DNA of 62,942 nucleotides, the filler included, from Hausera hauseri (taxonomy: Eukaryota): NCBI GenBank assembly GCA_046269625.1. It is 13 parts of 13 records of this genome, joined end to end, with 100 filler letters (N's around TTAATTAATTAA, not from the genome) between each part and the next. Parts side by side here need not be neighbours in the genome. Positions count along the whole stretch, not along the records: positions 11,186 to 16,880 come from JBJURY010204968.1; positions 16,981 to 21,059 come from JBJURY010774869.1; positions 21,160 to 25,262 come from JBJURY010760651.1; 10 more parts are not named here. One strand, given 5' to 3'. Of the stretch, positions 11,396 to 23,614 are shown in pieces (the stretch's first letter is position 1; every line of letters starts with the position of its first letter). The translations under genes were made by a program, and so were the position numbers. The notes beneath the pieces are model-generated. The model saw only the letters and a list, made by a program, of their open reading frames with translations. It ran no database searches and was not told the DNA's origin.

Positions 11396-14300
11396 TAGAA
11401 ATAGGGTATAGAAATAGGATGTGTGGCGGAAATATTGATAAAAGTAGGAGTAGACAAAAATGCAGAGATCGAGGCAGGGATCGATTTGGTAGGTGACGAT
11501 GTAGGAGCAGAAACGGTAGTAGTGGGATCATGCGTGGTAGACTGAGGAATAAAAATTGGGATAGAGGTGGGTACAGGTGTGAGGAATGAGGTTGATGTCT
11601 CGTGTACGTAAAAGGTTGGTTTAGATTTGTGATATGCACAACAACTTCTTTCCCTTCTTTGAGGATAATAGCGATGTGTGAATGCAGCTGTACCGATTTA
11701 TATATTCCTAAGTACTATGGTTGGAAACCGCACTGTGACTGGTTTTTTAGCCATACAAACTTTGCCGAGTATAAGGCTTCGGGTATGTAGGATTTGTTAT
11801 TGTGAAAAGTCTGCAAAACGAATCTTTGCTGATTGTAACGAAATGATCTTGTGCTGCTCGTATTCTTTCATCCGTAGGAATCTCTTCAAGAACGTTTAGT
11901 TCAAACAGTGACCGTACAGGGGTTCCGAATAAAGCTTCCGTTGGTGAACATCCCGTGGACGTGGACGCAGTGTTCCGCCAGTCCTGCAGGATGAACGGTA
12001 GAAGTTTAGTCCAATTGGTGTTTGAATATGCAAGGATTTAAAGTGCTGTTTTCAAGGTTCGGTGGAAACGTTCGAGGAGGCAATTTGATTGCGGGTTGAT
12101 ATGGTGTTGTATGAATGTGACTTATACCCAATCGGTTGACTACAGACTTGAACAGATTTGACTCGAATTTTGGACCTTGGCGTGAGATGATATAACGAGG
12201 AGATTTGAACCTACTAATCTACGTTAGGATGAAAGTATCGGCTATTGTGTCAATGTTTGTACTACGCAGTGGAATGGCTTCCGGCCATCGTAAGGAACGG
12301 TCCATCATGATCAGAATAAATTGATGGCCGTTGCCCATTAAAAGACCAACGATGTCAATATGTACTGTTTCAAAACGTGAAGTACAAGGGAAATGGTATA
12401 ATGGCGGTTTTAAATGTTTTATGGTTTATACTTCTGACAAGCCACGCACTCTTTAACCCATGCTTGTATATCGGAGCACATCTACGGCCAAACTACTTGG
12501 TATTGAAGTAAGCGAAAAGTTGCCTTGGCACCAGGATGATGTAATGAATGTATACTATCAAATGCTTGTTTGTGTAAAGATGGGGCAAAAATTATTTTAG
12601 AATGTCCTGGTTTGGAAGTGCCTAAAGCCACGCCGTCGACGATGTGGTGTGACTTGAATGATTTGAGAATATCTTGAAATGGTTGATTTTCTTGGAGTTT
12701 TATCTATGTAAAGATTGGCGAAAAATTGATTGAACCGACTGATCTAGATAGGAAATCGGAAACTAGATTGTCAACGCCGTCGATGTGTTTAATATCAAAG
12801 TTAAGTGTGGACAAATACGAAATTTGCCGTTCTTGTCGAGTTGAAGGATGCTTCATTGCCATTATATTAATCAACGGTTTGTGATCACTCTGTATAACAA
12901 AATGATGAGCTGTAAGTAAGTGAGAAAAGTGTCTTAAGGCAAGAACTATTGCCAGCAGTTCCCAATGGACAGTTGAATATCTAGTTTCTGATGGCGTTAG
13001 TTTTCGGGAAAAGAATTTTAGAGGCTGATTTTCACCTTTATACAATGTTTGATGCATCTGTGGTTAAAATTAACTAGGAGTCAGGCTTACGAAATGCTAG
13101 TATTTCAACAGTCTTTAGTCCTTCTCATATTCTATCGAACTTATTCACTAGTTGTGGTGTCCACACGATTTTTTGGTGTTTTTTCATCCGCTTAAATGTG
13201 CAAAATTCGCCATGAGTTCCGAACAATATGGAATATATTTTTGGACGAAATGCAGAGTAGCAAATAAACTGTGCATTTCTGTTGTTGTCTTAGGTAGTTG
13301 GACATATTTAAGAGTCTCGATTTGATCAGGCTGAAGTGAATGGCCGTTTTAATAGACAATATTTCCGAGGAAATTAACGAGTTTTTGAAGGAAGTTACGT
13401 TTCGCAAAATTGATCTGTAGATTGAAGTGGTTAAGTTGTTTGAAGATAGATCGTAGATGTACTTCGTGTTGTTTAACAAAAGAAGAGGCAACCAAGATGT
13501 CAATATATGGATGCGCAAAAGTGAAATCTGAAAGGAATGAATCGATGTGTCGCTGAAAAGTCTACGCGGCATTCTGGAGACCGAAAAGCATATACAAGTA
13601 CTCATAAAGACCAAAAGGTGTGGAAACTGCAGTTTTCTCGATGTCTTCCGGTGCGACAGGAATTTGGTGGTAAGCTTTGGCTAAATCAGCTGTTGAATAA
13701 ACTGAAGTAGTATTAAGTCAATGTAATGTGTCTTGGATTAATGGTAGTAAATATGCATCCATTATGGTTAAAGTATTAAGCTTGCGGTAATCGCCGCATG
13801 GTCGGAAGGATCCATCTTTTTTGGACAACGTGGAGAAGCGAAAACCACGGGGATTTAGATCTACGGACAATACCTGATTTTTCGAGTTTAAAAAATTTCG
13901 TTTCTACTGCCTGCCTACGACGCGATGACAATGGACGGACATTTTGTCGAATTGGTCTTTGGTGTTGTGTAATTATATGGTGGTAAGTGCCGTTTACAGG
14001 GGACAAGAAGTTTTCATGAATTGTTGTAAGCTTACGGGTAGTTGCTGGAATATTGGAATTGATGTTGAACCAAGGTTGCTAACAGTACTTTGTAAATGTT
14101 GGTTAATTGTTGATGAGGAATAGAGTGGAATTTGTTGTAGGATGGTCGTGTCTGAGATCTTATTTGAGTAAGTATTGTTGTTCAATGATTTTACTGAAGA
14201 TATAAGATCGTGAGTGTCGACACTGAGCTGTGACTGACTATCGACATTGTCCTTTGACAGCTTACGTGGTAAAACTTGATAGTGAAGAGAAGTAGGATGT

Positions 14301-15900
14301 TATGTTGACTGTTTTATGATTGTTTGCTTACTTACCGTTGGTTGTGCTGTCGTCGAGGTGCTGCCTATTTCTGTACTACAGTCTTTAGGTGTATTTGATT
14401 TCCGTCATCGTTGGTTACAATAAACCAGCAAGTTGTAGTGTGACAGGAAATCGGAGCCAAGTATTGCCGTCTGGATGTTAGAGACTGTAAACGTCCAATG
14501 AAATGCTGAGAAAAATTTTGAGAGACTGAAAGATAGTTTGCAAGTTCCGGCAATATGAAGGGGTATACCGGAGGCGGTGTGTAACGGTTTTGTTTTAAGT
14601 GAAGAATGCTGAACCGTAAAAAAGTGGTAGTAATGAAATCGCAGCACCGGTATCGATGAAAAGTCTATGTATTAAATGTTACAGTGGAGATAGCAGCTTT
14701 TGGTGTAAAGACTACAAATGAATTGTGTCGGCAAGAAGTAGGTAAGTTGCCTTTGCCAGATTCTGCCATGAATACTGGAGGCGAAATCAGTTTTTTGGAT
14801 TGGTGAATTGGGATGGTTAATGTTAGAGAAACTGGAATGTCTATCAGTGGTGCAGTTACGGTTACTTTTATAGTTACAGCCTGGAATACAATTCCGAGCA
14901 TTAAATCCAAATTTTTCATGATAGATGCAAATTATGTTATCTGATCGTACATGCCAGAAATAATATCTACAGCCTAAACAGTATTTTTTGCTTTGTTATT
15001 AAATTTGTTATGATATTAGCATATAAATGACCGCGTTGGTGACGGTGTTCGATTTCTTGAAACAAAACGTGCTAGATGAATGAGGAAGCATTCCGTCGAT
15101 GTGAGGAAAGGTCATTCAGCTTATCATTGATGTTATTGATTGTATGTTGTAATGCCGCATTTTCGGAGCATAAGTGGTTCAATTGCGATTCGATAGAATT
15201 ATTTCGTTGACTGTCGTTGGTCGTGATTGCAGCTGATATGATGGGTTGTGATTGTATTTGTAAAACTTCGTGTGCTTTATCGGCAAATTTAGCTAGTTTA
15301 TCTAAAGCTGTAGAATCCTCAACAACAGTAAGTAAAGCCCTAATTTAAATTGGTAAAGCATTAAGAAAATATCGACGGAGTAGATCCGGATTGTGTTCCT
15401 TGGTGACACCCAGGGTACGTAAGTGAGCCAATAAGGTGCGTAAGAAATCACTAGGTTTTTGTGTTCCCATTGCGTTTTCATTAAAGAATCGTTGTATTAT
15501 CGAGTCAATTGGTGGTTCTATCAGTTTTAATACAGCATTGAACAAATGCGTATAAAAGTCAGGGTGTTGAAAGATGTCCAGTAAGTTATGGATTGGGGTC
15601 TTCATAGAGTTTGGCAGAAGGTAGAGTAGATTATGGGCTTTGGTTAACGAGTCGGTAGTGCCGTTGGATTGTAGCCAAAGTTGATGGAAGTGGAGCCAAG
15701 CCTTACTAGAGTTTTCATTGTCTGTAAGATATTCAGAGCATTGTGAAGGTGCAATTGTAGGGGATTTGTGAGAAAATCTAGTATCGGTTGAAGGAGTTAG
15801 ATGGTTCGATTTTGGATAGTAGACAATGAATTTGGGTTTTGTAATCACCTTATTTAAGATGTCACTGGTTGGTTAAAAAATCACACCGCCGCGGATTCTA
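11396..15900 (-). mobile_element. Gypsy family B element, near full length and heavily decayed (gag-PR-RT-RH-INT)
   Basis: Gag 15345-15848 is homologous to 40508-41188. Protease-like AILGSDFL. RT IVRRSKSPWFSLLHVVQK. RNase H YSTVHWELLA..SDHKPL. Integrase remnants. Many frameshifts. Confidence 0.88.
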
Positions 15901-16299
15901 GGATAAATGTGTATACAGAAGTAGTATTGTGAGGACGTGATGTGTGGGAGGTCAGTTGAAATAAATCCATTGTGAGTCAAGTAGAAGTCATTGAAGGCGG
16001 TGGATTTATGAATGAGGTCATATAATTGTGTCGATACATCGTGTTACATGTGCCGTATGTATTGATTTATTATATACAAAAAGGTAGATAGAAAGTGACG
16101 GTGATAAACGATAAGATGGGTAGCGTGGTATCTCCATATATATCGTCTCGTGTTTTGTAGCTGTTGAGTAATCCGTCGAAAACATGGTTCTGTCTCGGCC
16201 GGTCCCAATTATCCAGACAGGTTTAACTCCATCATTGAACCCGGTCGCAGGTGTGATAAGACCCAAAACGTTCCTTTTTGCGATTAATTCGATTGCTTT

Positions 16300-16490
16300 C
16301 AAGTCAAGGAACTTTTTGAAAACATCTAAAATTCTATCTCCTTCGTAATCGGTCACTTTGTCTGAATCTTTAGGGAAGTATTCAACAGCAGGAAAACCTT
16401 GAATGAGGGTTCCTTCGACTCCATTAGCAGTAGTACCCACTATTGCGGTGATTGTACCAAAATGATTTTTATAAGTTTCACCAAAAAGAT
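16300..16490 (-). pseudogene. Protein disulfide-isomerase C-terminal (a' domain) fragment
   Basis: TTANGVEGTLIQGFPAVEYFPKDSDKVTDYEGDRILDVFKKFLD resembles PDI ATANEVE..VQSFPTIKYFP...IDYNGERTLDGFKKFLE. The CGHC active site is not visible. Confidence 0.6.
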
Positions 16491-16752
16491 CCCAAAAATG
16501 ATGGATCTATTGATTCATAGTTCTAACAGTTTTAGAGGCGACTTCTGATTTCATTTTCTGAATGTCCCGAGGGCGGAATAAAAACTATCGATTCAAATTT
16601 GACTACTCAATGCTTTTCATGTCTGTCACAATAATTTTTTCAGCTGTTTTTTTACCTTCATACAATATTACATTGTGTTTCTTATCCATCGTGGATAAAT
16701 GAGTATTCATCTTAGGCCATAATGGCAAGATGTAGCATCTGATAATTATATA

Positions 16753-16880
16753 CACCCCCCGTCAAAAGTTTGAGGCCACCTTGAAAAAACTGATTTATAT
16801 TTATTTTTAACATCATACACCCTTTTTGTTGAGATTGTTTGCAACGAATAACAAGATATAACTATTTTACCAAATATTTA
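16753..16880 (+). mobile_element. Tc1-like transposon terminus
   Basis: TA followed by CACCCCCCGTCAAAAGTTTGAGGCCACC resembles Tc1-family TIRs. Runs to the contig end. Confidence 0.45.
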
Positions 16881-17275
16881 NNNNNNNNNNNNNNNNNNNN
16901 NNNNNNNNNNNNNNNNNNNNNNNNTTAATTAATTAANNNNNNNNNNNNNNNNNNNNNNNNNNNNNNNNNNNNNNNNNNNNTGTGACTTTCTTGTGTGCTA
17001 CTGTTGCTTAAACAACACTTAGGGGTCTTTTTGACACGTGACCTAGCAGCTCTGTTCCAGTCCTAACAGATCTGTATTTAAAAAAAAACGAACAAACAAA
17101 CAAACATACCACTAAAATGGTTGAAAATCAATCCTTCGCTGTAAAATATATTTTTTAAAATGGAATAAAGCTGTAAATTTGTAGAAATGGTGTCATAGTT
17201 CAGTCGTCAGGATACTTAATTTTATTGCGGTGAATATTTCCAGCATCTCCCAACAACTATTATGTCTCTTTGCAG

Positions 17276-17430
17276 GCTCAATCACAAATTTAGGAGGTTC
17301 TGTCTACAAATGTTCAGATGGATCACTCCCGGAAAATGAAGTCAAGGTCATTTCAGGTGTCCTTGGAGCTCCGTCCAGCCAGACGTCCATTCAAGTGGCC
17401 AATTTGCTGAAATTGTTCAGAATTCCTCAA
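17276..17430 (+). CDS. Internal exon of a metabotropic glutamate receptor (class C GPCR, Venus-flytrap domain)
   Basis: tctttgcag acceptor and gtaagc donor. Encodes ...YKCSDGS...VISGVLGAPSSQTSIQVANLLKLFRIPQ, the conserved mGluR motif that ends at the usual IPQ exon boundary. Confidence 0.88.
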
Positions 17431-17521
17431 GTAAGCAAATAGAAAATAGTTTTTTTTGGTGCGCGCACACATACACGCACCAGTGGCTTATAATGATGCA
17501 TGGGAGTAAGGGACTAACCTG

Positions 17522-20356
17522 GGTAGATCTCCCCCCAAAATTTATATTTATTAACTCTACCACTTATAACTGAGCATGTGTTATCAGTATAGGATGAAAC
17601 TTATGGTGAGACATATATTCACAGAAATTATGCAAATTAAGTATCCAAAATGGCCGCCGCAATGCCTAATTTGCATACAAATTTTCATACATCCCTGTGA
17701 CCACAAAAATGATCCAATTCTTTTGATATTTGGCATAAGAGTTGTATACATGTAGCTGCAGGGCTGGTAGTAAAATAAATGGGATACTGAGCAAAATGAA
17801 TTTTTAACAATTATTTATATTTCTGATTGTGCTTAAACTTGACAAATTTGACCTCATTAAATATGCATACAGGCCATAACTCCTATACCAAGCAAGATAT
17901 CAAGTTTATTTTACTACCAGCTCTGTATACTTATATACACAATATGCATGCCAAATTTCAAACAAATTGGTCAACTAGTTTGGGAGAAACCATGCATGAG
18001 AATCAGGCACCATTATAAAAAACTAACTTTTAAGAAAACTAACAAAAACTGTTATTCCTTACCTCATAAGTGTCTTATGATAGTCTAATCCATTTTAATG
18101 GCCACCAGTAGTATACATGTCACCTTCTGCAGCTTCTGCATTGTCAGTAAAGCCTTTTTTAATGGCACGGAGCTTTTTTCTGCGTTGTTTTGCTGTGGTA
18201 GAAGACTTGAGGGTTGATGCAGATATCCGCTTGACATTTTTGTTAGTGCATAATCTACCCGTGTAGAACCCACCAAATCCTAACTTGCCTAAGATTTTAA
18301 GAATGGAGACTGCTCCATCATTAAAATATGCCACTGCATTGTAGCAAGCTTCTTCTATTGTCTCCTTTTCCACATAAATTTCCTTGGAGCATCGGTCCCA
18401 TATAAGTTTGTTTAGACATTCATTTGCGTTTTGTGTTTTTCCATGCAAACATTTTCTTAATAGCTGTTCATCTGCAAGACTTTCAAAGACAGGTTTTATG
18501 AATTCAGTGACAGCTTCAGGGAGACCATTTTTATGTTTGTAGTGCTCAGGATCTTTCTTGTAATTACACCAAGTGTTTTCTCCATCTGGGCACTTCTGGT
18601 GCATTGGTTTGGCATCTGACGAACCGACATGTGGCAGAATGGCTTGGACATCAGCAGTCATTTGGTCAAGGTTGCCTGCATTCCGACGAATGGCTAAGCC
18701 ATAATAGTTTTGCAGTGTGTTGATTTTTTTGTCTGTTAGTCTACCAGCACCTCCCAAGCCCTTTCCATCTTTTAACTTGATGCCCTTATTCTCACTTTTC
18801 ATTTTACGAAGCCTTGTGCCGCACCTCTTTTGGACATGCCCAACACATTCCAACTTTTCTACTTCTTTTGTTCCATATGGTCTGGCATCTAAGACATTCT
18901 TGAATGAAGCGGAGTCCCCATCACCCAGATATTTAGTATATCTTAGTTTTCTGTTACTCTCGGACCGAGTAAAAATGTGTACGGCCCCAGCTGCTTCCAT
19001 GGCTCCAGAACTCCCCACATGGTTTATTTTGCAGTTGTGTGTCACCCGCCATCTGTCATACTCTTCAGTTCCTTCTTTAGGTTCCCAATGCCGGCACGCC
19101 TTGCAAATATTTGTAAGAATTTCAGCATCTAGACATTTGCCAGTTTCCACAGATATTGCTGTAACTACACCATGGTGACTTGCATGTCCACGCTTCTGCC
19201 AAGTGCCATCTACTGATACAGAACAATCAGCAATGTCATCAGGTGCCCCAGAAGTCAGCAGTTTAGATCGTGCGTCATTTGCAGCTGAAATCATACTTTC
19301 ATTTGCAACTTCCATTGTTGCTTGATGAAGTTTCTGAAATGCACGTTTATAGCTTTTGAAGGCCATTGCTGGAGGGCTGTTAAGATACAGTGAAAAGTTT
19401 TTAAGTGCTCTATGGCCTCTTCCAATCGAGCGGATAAAAGCAACCATCCTCATGTTTACCTCTTTGTGTCTGTGATTAATATCACTGTCTGTTGATTCCC
19501 CTGAAGTATTGAAATTCAGACTAAATTTGTTACAGTTAGTACAGACAAGGGTAATTACATGGCTAAACCCACAGCGCAAATTCTCTGACAGTTCACAACT
19601 CAGCGAAAAATGTTGACATTCTTCACATCGAATGTTGGAAGCTAGAAACTGAAAAAGAATCTGTGTATCCAAGAGGATAAATGCACTATCTTGATTTGAA
19701 GTGTTTTCACTGACACTGGGTATCTGGAGCTTTATTTTCTTGGCAGAAGAGCAGGTGGGCTCACTATCGACAACAGGTTCTTCAGCTGCTGACATATTTG
19801 ACATATGTTTGTTGACATGCTTATTGCCTCTAAATTTTCGTTTTACTGACCTGCTAGCTGATTTTGATGCATTTTTTTTATTTCCCATAATGATTTAGTT
19901 GGTTGGATACAGAGTACGGTGAAAAAGTAATTTAACTGGAGATTATACCAACAAATTCATCGAACGAATGTGTACAGTCAAGAAACACAAAGCGTTTGTT
20001 TACAAGTGACTGCCATCTTTCTTTTTTTAACAGAATGTCCGAGAATGACTTCCCTTGGCTGCATTCTTCTTACAATGTTTAGTTCACTTCCTATTATTAT
20101 TAATTCGCCTTTTTATCAGGATTCCTTGACATATTTATGAGTGAGGACCATGGTAACCACATGTAAACAGTCGGTTGCTATGCACTTTTAGGATGAGGGT
20201 GGGTCTACTACTGACCATGTTATTAACAAATCTGAGCTGATTTTGATATACTGAAAACTGATTTGGGTGCAGAAATGGTAATTCTTAATAATAAAGTAGT
20301 TATTGAAAATTCTCATTTTTGACAATTTTAGCCCATATGGTGGGGGGAGATCTACC
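17522..20356 (-). mobile_element. Complete Kolobok/Mutator-like DNA transposon (about 2.8 kb)
   Basis: 16-bp TIRs GGTAGATCTCCCCCCA (17522-17537) and TGGGGGGAGATCTACC (20341-20356). Subterminal inverted repeat gctggtagtaaaataaa / tttattttactaccagc at about 17763 and 17906. One intact transposase. Confidence 0.85.
18095..19888 (-). CDS. Kolobok/Mutator-like DDE transposase, 597 aa, intact
   Basis: SVDGTWQKRGH, NHVGSSGAME, YLGDGDS, KLECVGHVQKRCG and TQNANECLN, plus N-terminal CxxC zinc motifs. Confidence 0.9.
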   Translation of the reverse strand: MGNKKNASKSASRSVKRKFRGNKHVNKHMSNMSAAEEPVVDSEPTCSSAKKIKLQIPSVSENTSNQDSAFILLDTQILFQFLASNIRCEECQHFSLSCELSENLRCGFSHVITLVCTNCNKFSLNFNTSGESTDSDINHRHKEVNMRMVAFIRSIGRGHRALKNFSLYLNSPPAMAFKSYKRAFQKLHQATMEVANESMISAANDARSKLLTSGAPDDIADCSVSVDGTWQKRGHASHHGVVTAISVETGKCLDAEILTNICKACRHWEPKEGTEEYDRWRVTHNCKINHVGSSGAMEAAGAVHIFTRSESNRKLRYTKYLGDGDSASFKNVLDARPYGTKEVEKLECVGHVQKRCGTRLRKMKSENKGIKLKDGKGLGGAGRLTDKKINTLQNYYGLAIRRNAGNLDQMTADVQAILPHVGSSDAKPMHQKCPDGENTWCNYKKDPEHYKHKNGLPEAVTEFIKPVFESLADEQLLRKCLHGKTQNANECLNKLIWDRCSKEIYVEKETIEEACYNAVAYFNDGAVSILKILGKLGFGGFYTGRLCTNKNVKRISASTLKSSTTAKQRRKKLRAIKKGFTDNAEAAEGDMYTTGGH

Positions 20357-20560
20357 AGGGGTTCAGGTGTTGGTTGGTGGGAATTCCGATGAAGGTGATA
20401 TTATCATCTACACTGATGGTTCAGTTGCTTGTCACGTGCACAGTGCATTGATCTTCATGGCTCGTCAACCGAGAAGAATCGTTAAGGAGGACAGCGGGGC
20501 CATTGCAGTGTCTAAAAATAGTATGACAATGCATATTATGGCAGTGGCCAAGGCGCAGAC
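20357..20560 (+). pseudogene. RNase H fragment of a non-LTR retrotransposon, split by the Kolobok-like insertion
   Basis: DIIIYTDGSV...EDSGA...SMTM.IMAVAKA. The frame joins the left flank (...ACTAACCT|AGGGGTTCAG...) when the transposon is removed. Confidence 0.6.
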
Positions 20561-21159
20561 AGTGATTGGAGTCCGTGAGAGAGACACCGCTACTAAGAAT
20601 CACCTTCTGGCCACGCAGAAGCCAGGGGAAATAATCAAGCAGACAGACTAGCCAGTACAACTACTGCTACAGGCGACAGAGCCATAGTATCTTGAATGCC
20701 TCCCTGCAATCCCACCCCGAGTGATTGACCGGAATGTAGATTTAGGCGAAACGTCCAAATCTGTGTCACTCTCCAGATTGCACGAACTTGAATCAAGCGG
20801 GGTGCGGCCAATTTGAAAAAAAAATATTTCCGCTCTTTTTTTACGCAGTGCTGGCGTAAACATTTTTTATATCTCGCGGAAGTTGCAAACTGGCACGCCA
20901 TAGATATGTAACTGTTAAAGTTGAGAAATTGATTTGATTTCAATTGTCCGAGTTCTGGCTGACAGCGTGAGGATCGCCCTGGCCCTTACAGATTGGGGGA
21001 ACACCTCTCTGAGGATTGACATAGCACCCACCGCCAGGCGCATCTGCACTTACCTAAAGNNNNNNNNNNNNNNNNNNNNNNNNNNNNNNNNNNNNNNNNN
21101 NNNTTAATTAATTAANNNNNNNNNNNNNNNNNNNNNNNNNNNNNNNNNNNNNNNNNNNN

Positions 21160-22175
21160 AAGAGAGCAATTGAATCATGGAAAGGATTTCAAGTTAGTAC
21201 AGCAAGAAGTGACGCAATGCCTCTATGGATACGTCTTAGTGGGGTATCAAATAGAGAGGATAATGAAGAAATTAGCCATACCGGAAACGTATATAGCCGC
21301 AGTAAGGGAAATAGAAACCCACCCAACTATTATGCGACAAGTAGGAATCAAGGTTGAAGAAAAAAGGAGTCATATACCACTGACCATGGAAGGCTATTTT
21401 AAGTTAATGGTAGAGGCCATGATCGGGGAAAACATAAAAATAAGCAGAGTGCAATCTGCAAATCAAAGATCCCAATATCTAAGACATATAAACGCTGGAC
21501 TAAAGTGGGAACATGAATGGATTCCCACCAACCCCGGACAAAACTTACGAAATTTCCCAAATTCTGAGCGACTCAGCACACGATACCGTAAACATTTTCG
21601 CCCATACTCTCCACCCAGGAATGTCGAAATCAAACCAGAATGGAATTACCAAATAATTATACAAGGATTGAAGATAGAAAAAGCAAGGAATAAAGAACCC
21701 ACAGATGAAAAACCCAGCACAAGTTATGGCACCACAGCAGATAATAATCTGTTTAAAATACCAGAAGTTCCTCGGAAATACGTAGAAGACAGTCATAGAA
21801 ACCCAGAGACCGAAACCGGAAAAACCACGAAAAGGAAAACCTCCTGTTTTGATTATTGATTTAAAAAGAAAAGTAAAGAAGGAGAAAAAGGACTAAAGGA
21901 AGGACCCAGATCGGAACGAAAAATCCAAGACCAAGACAACGAGCACTGGAACCTTCAAAACTAAGTAAACGGAAAGAACAAATTACTGAAATAAACGTCT
22001 TACGGAAAAGACATTGACTGAAGATGTTCACTATGCTACTACGGCAGATTACCCCAGGATACTAATAGCCACAGAGTATTACAGCAAACAAAAGATTAAA
22101 GAAGCAATGTTTTTTGTCAAACTAATGCCTGCCTGACAAGTTTATGAGAATACTTATGTCTGGGAAAATCCTAAG
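21160..22175 (+). pseudogene. Uncharacterised A-rich coding region of an LTR element 3' end
   Basis: 229-aa open frame plus interrupted continuation, with the same A-rich strand bias as contig 1. Lies upstream of the RING ORF, PPT and LTR. Confidence 0.5.
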
Positions 22176-22643
22176 ATGGAAAAATACGTTGCCCCGATAT
22201 TTCAGTTCAAAAGAAACGGTAACATCTTAGTCCCTGTGGATAAGTCAGTCAAGCTGTTGCTAAAGAAACAGTACCAAAAATACCGATCGACTGGTGAAGT
22301 TCCCCATTTAGATCGAGATACTATCATCGATTGGACCCTAATAGCTGTGGGATGCGACCCTAAGAAAAGCTCGATAAATCCAAAACAGAAAAGAATATAC
22401 GCTTATTTATATCAAGATGAAGAAGGGTTAATAATGGAGACTATTGAGATTTTGTTGGGAGTATATCTTGACGACGAAAATTGGGCGAAAGAGGAGAACG
22501 AATGTTTCGTATGTGAGGCAAATCTGAAGCAGGAGTATGTAGTGTTAAATAACCCCGATTGCCAACATAAGTACTGCAGAGACTGCCTAGAGAAGTGGAC
22601 ATTGGATAATGGGAAGACCACATGTCCAGTATGCCGGGCTTAA
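22176..22643 (+). CDS. C3HC4 RING-finger (E3 ligase-like) ORF inside an LTR retroelement
   Basis: CFVC-x13-CQHKYCRDCLEKW-x8-CPVCRA retains the full RING pattern, the conserved Trp and the linchpin Arg. It lies about 210 nt upstream of the PPT. Confidence 0.82.
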   Translation: MEKYVAPIFQFKRNGNILVPVDKSVKLLLKKQYQKYRSTGEVPHLDRDTIIDWTLIAVGCDPKKSSINPKQKRIYAYLYQDEEGLIMETIEILLGVYLDDENWAKEENECFVCEANLKQEYVVLNNPDCQHKYCRDCLEKWTLDNGKTTCPVCRA

Positions 22644-22866
22644 GCAGCCGATCTGAAGTATTACTCAAACGGTAGTTACACCAGAATCGTTCGAATAAAA
22701 CCTTACCACAGTTATAAATTGGAAACAAATCTCAGAGAGGACCAGCCTAGTACCAGTTCTGGATCCAGCTTAAGACAACGAATGGAATTGTTACGAAGTC
22801 CCCATCGCAGCGGCACCTCTCCTGATGCAATGGGCACACCCGAGGATGCCGTTCAGGGAGGAGAAA

Positions 22867-23614
22867 TGTTGTAATAACGGTATCATGCAATAAGCAAATG
22901 TAAATTGTAGATAATGAAAATGGTCAAATTGTATTCTAATATATAAAATTGGATAAATAGAAAATTGTAGAGATTTAGTTAGTTTAATTAATATTGGTGG
23001 CTTATAAATGTCAAAATTTCGGAGAAATTATTTAACGCTCGAGTGAAATATTAGGCAATAAAACAAATCAAACCATTGAAATTGAACAAGAAACGTAGGC
23101 GGAAGAAATCAGGTGAGCCGACAAAACTATATAAGGTTTCAGTTTCGTGGCAGAATTAGAATTATTTGGACCCAGTTAAATGTGCGAGATTACGTTGGAA
23201 AATTGAATTAGTTACTGTTCAGACTTTTTAGACGCAAATTAACTCGATCGTCGAAATTCATAGACTTTTATCGTGGACATCTGATCTATTGTGAAGTTAT
23301 TTGGGGAATTTTTGTGTTAATACAATTTGCTGTATTTTTTAGAAATTCCCCTATAGTTTTCCTTCGCTCCTTAAGGGTGATTAGACTACAATAAGGTTAA
23401 AATCAATACTTAAAATAAATATTTAAGAGAGAGACATTATTAAAGTTTATTGCAAAGGACCGCAAGCATTGACCAGAAAAGGACGTTATAAAATCGATAA
23501 GGTACATTCAGTCTATCCGATAACGGTAGACAGAACCTCACAGCCAATAAATTTCAAGTGCAAATATTGTTATATTGTGGGAGATGAATAGGGGCCACCC
23601 CCATATATATAACA
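22867..23614 (+). repeat. 3' LTR (about 750 bp) of the RING-carrying element, related to the LTR at 1-129
   Basis: PPT AGGGAGGAGAAA at 22855-22866, then TGTTGTA...TATAACA imperfect terminal IR. The 3' end is homologous to 71-129. Confidence 0.78.

Noticed and set aside
21045-21059. CACTTACCT resembling the U1 snRNA 5' end
   Set aside because: The match is only 8-9 nt at a contig edge and is equally a minus-strand splice donor.
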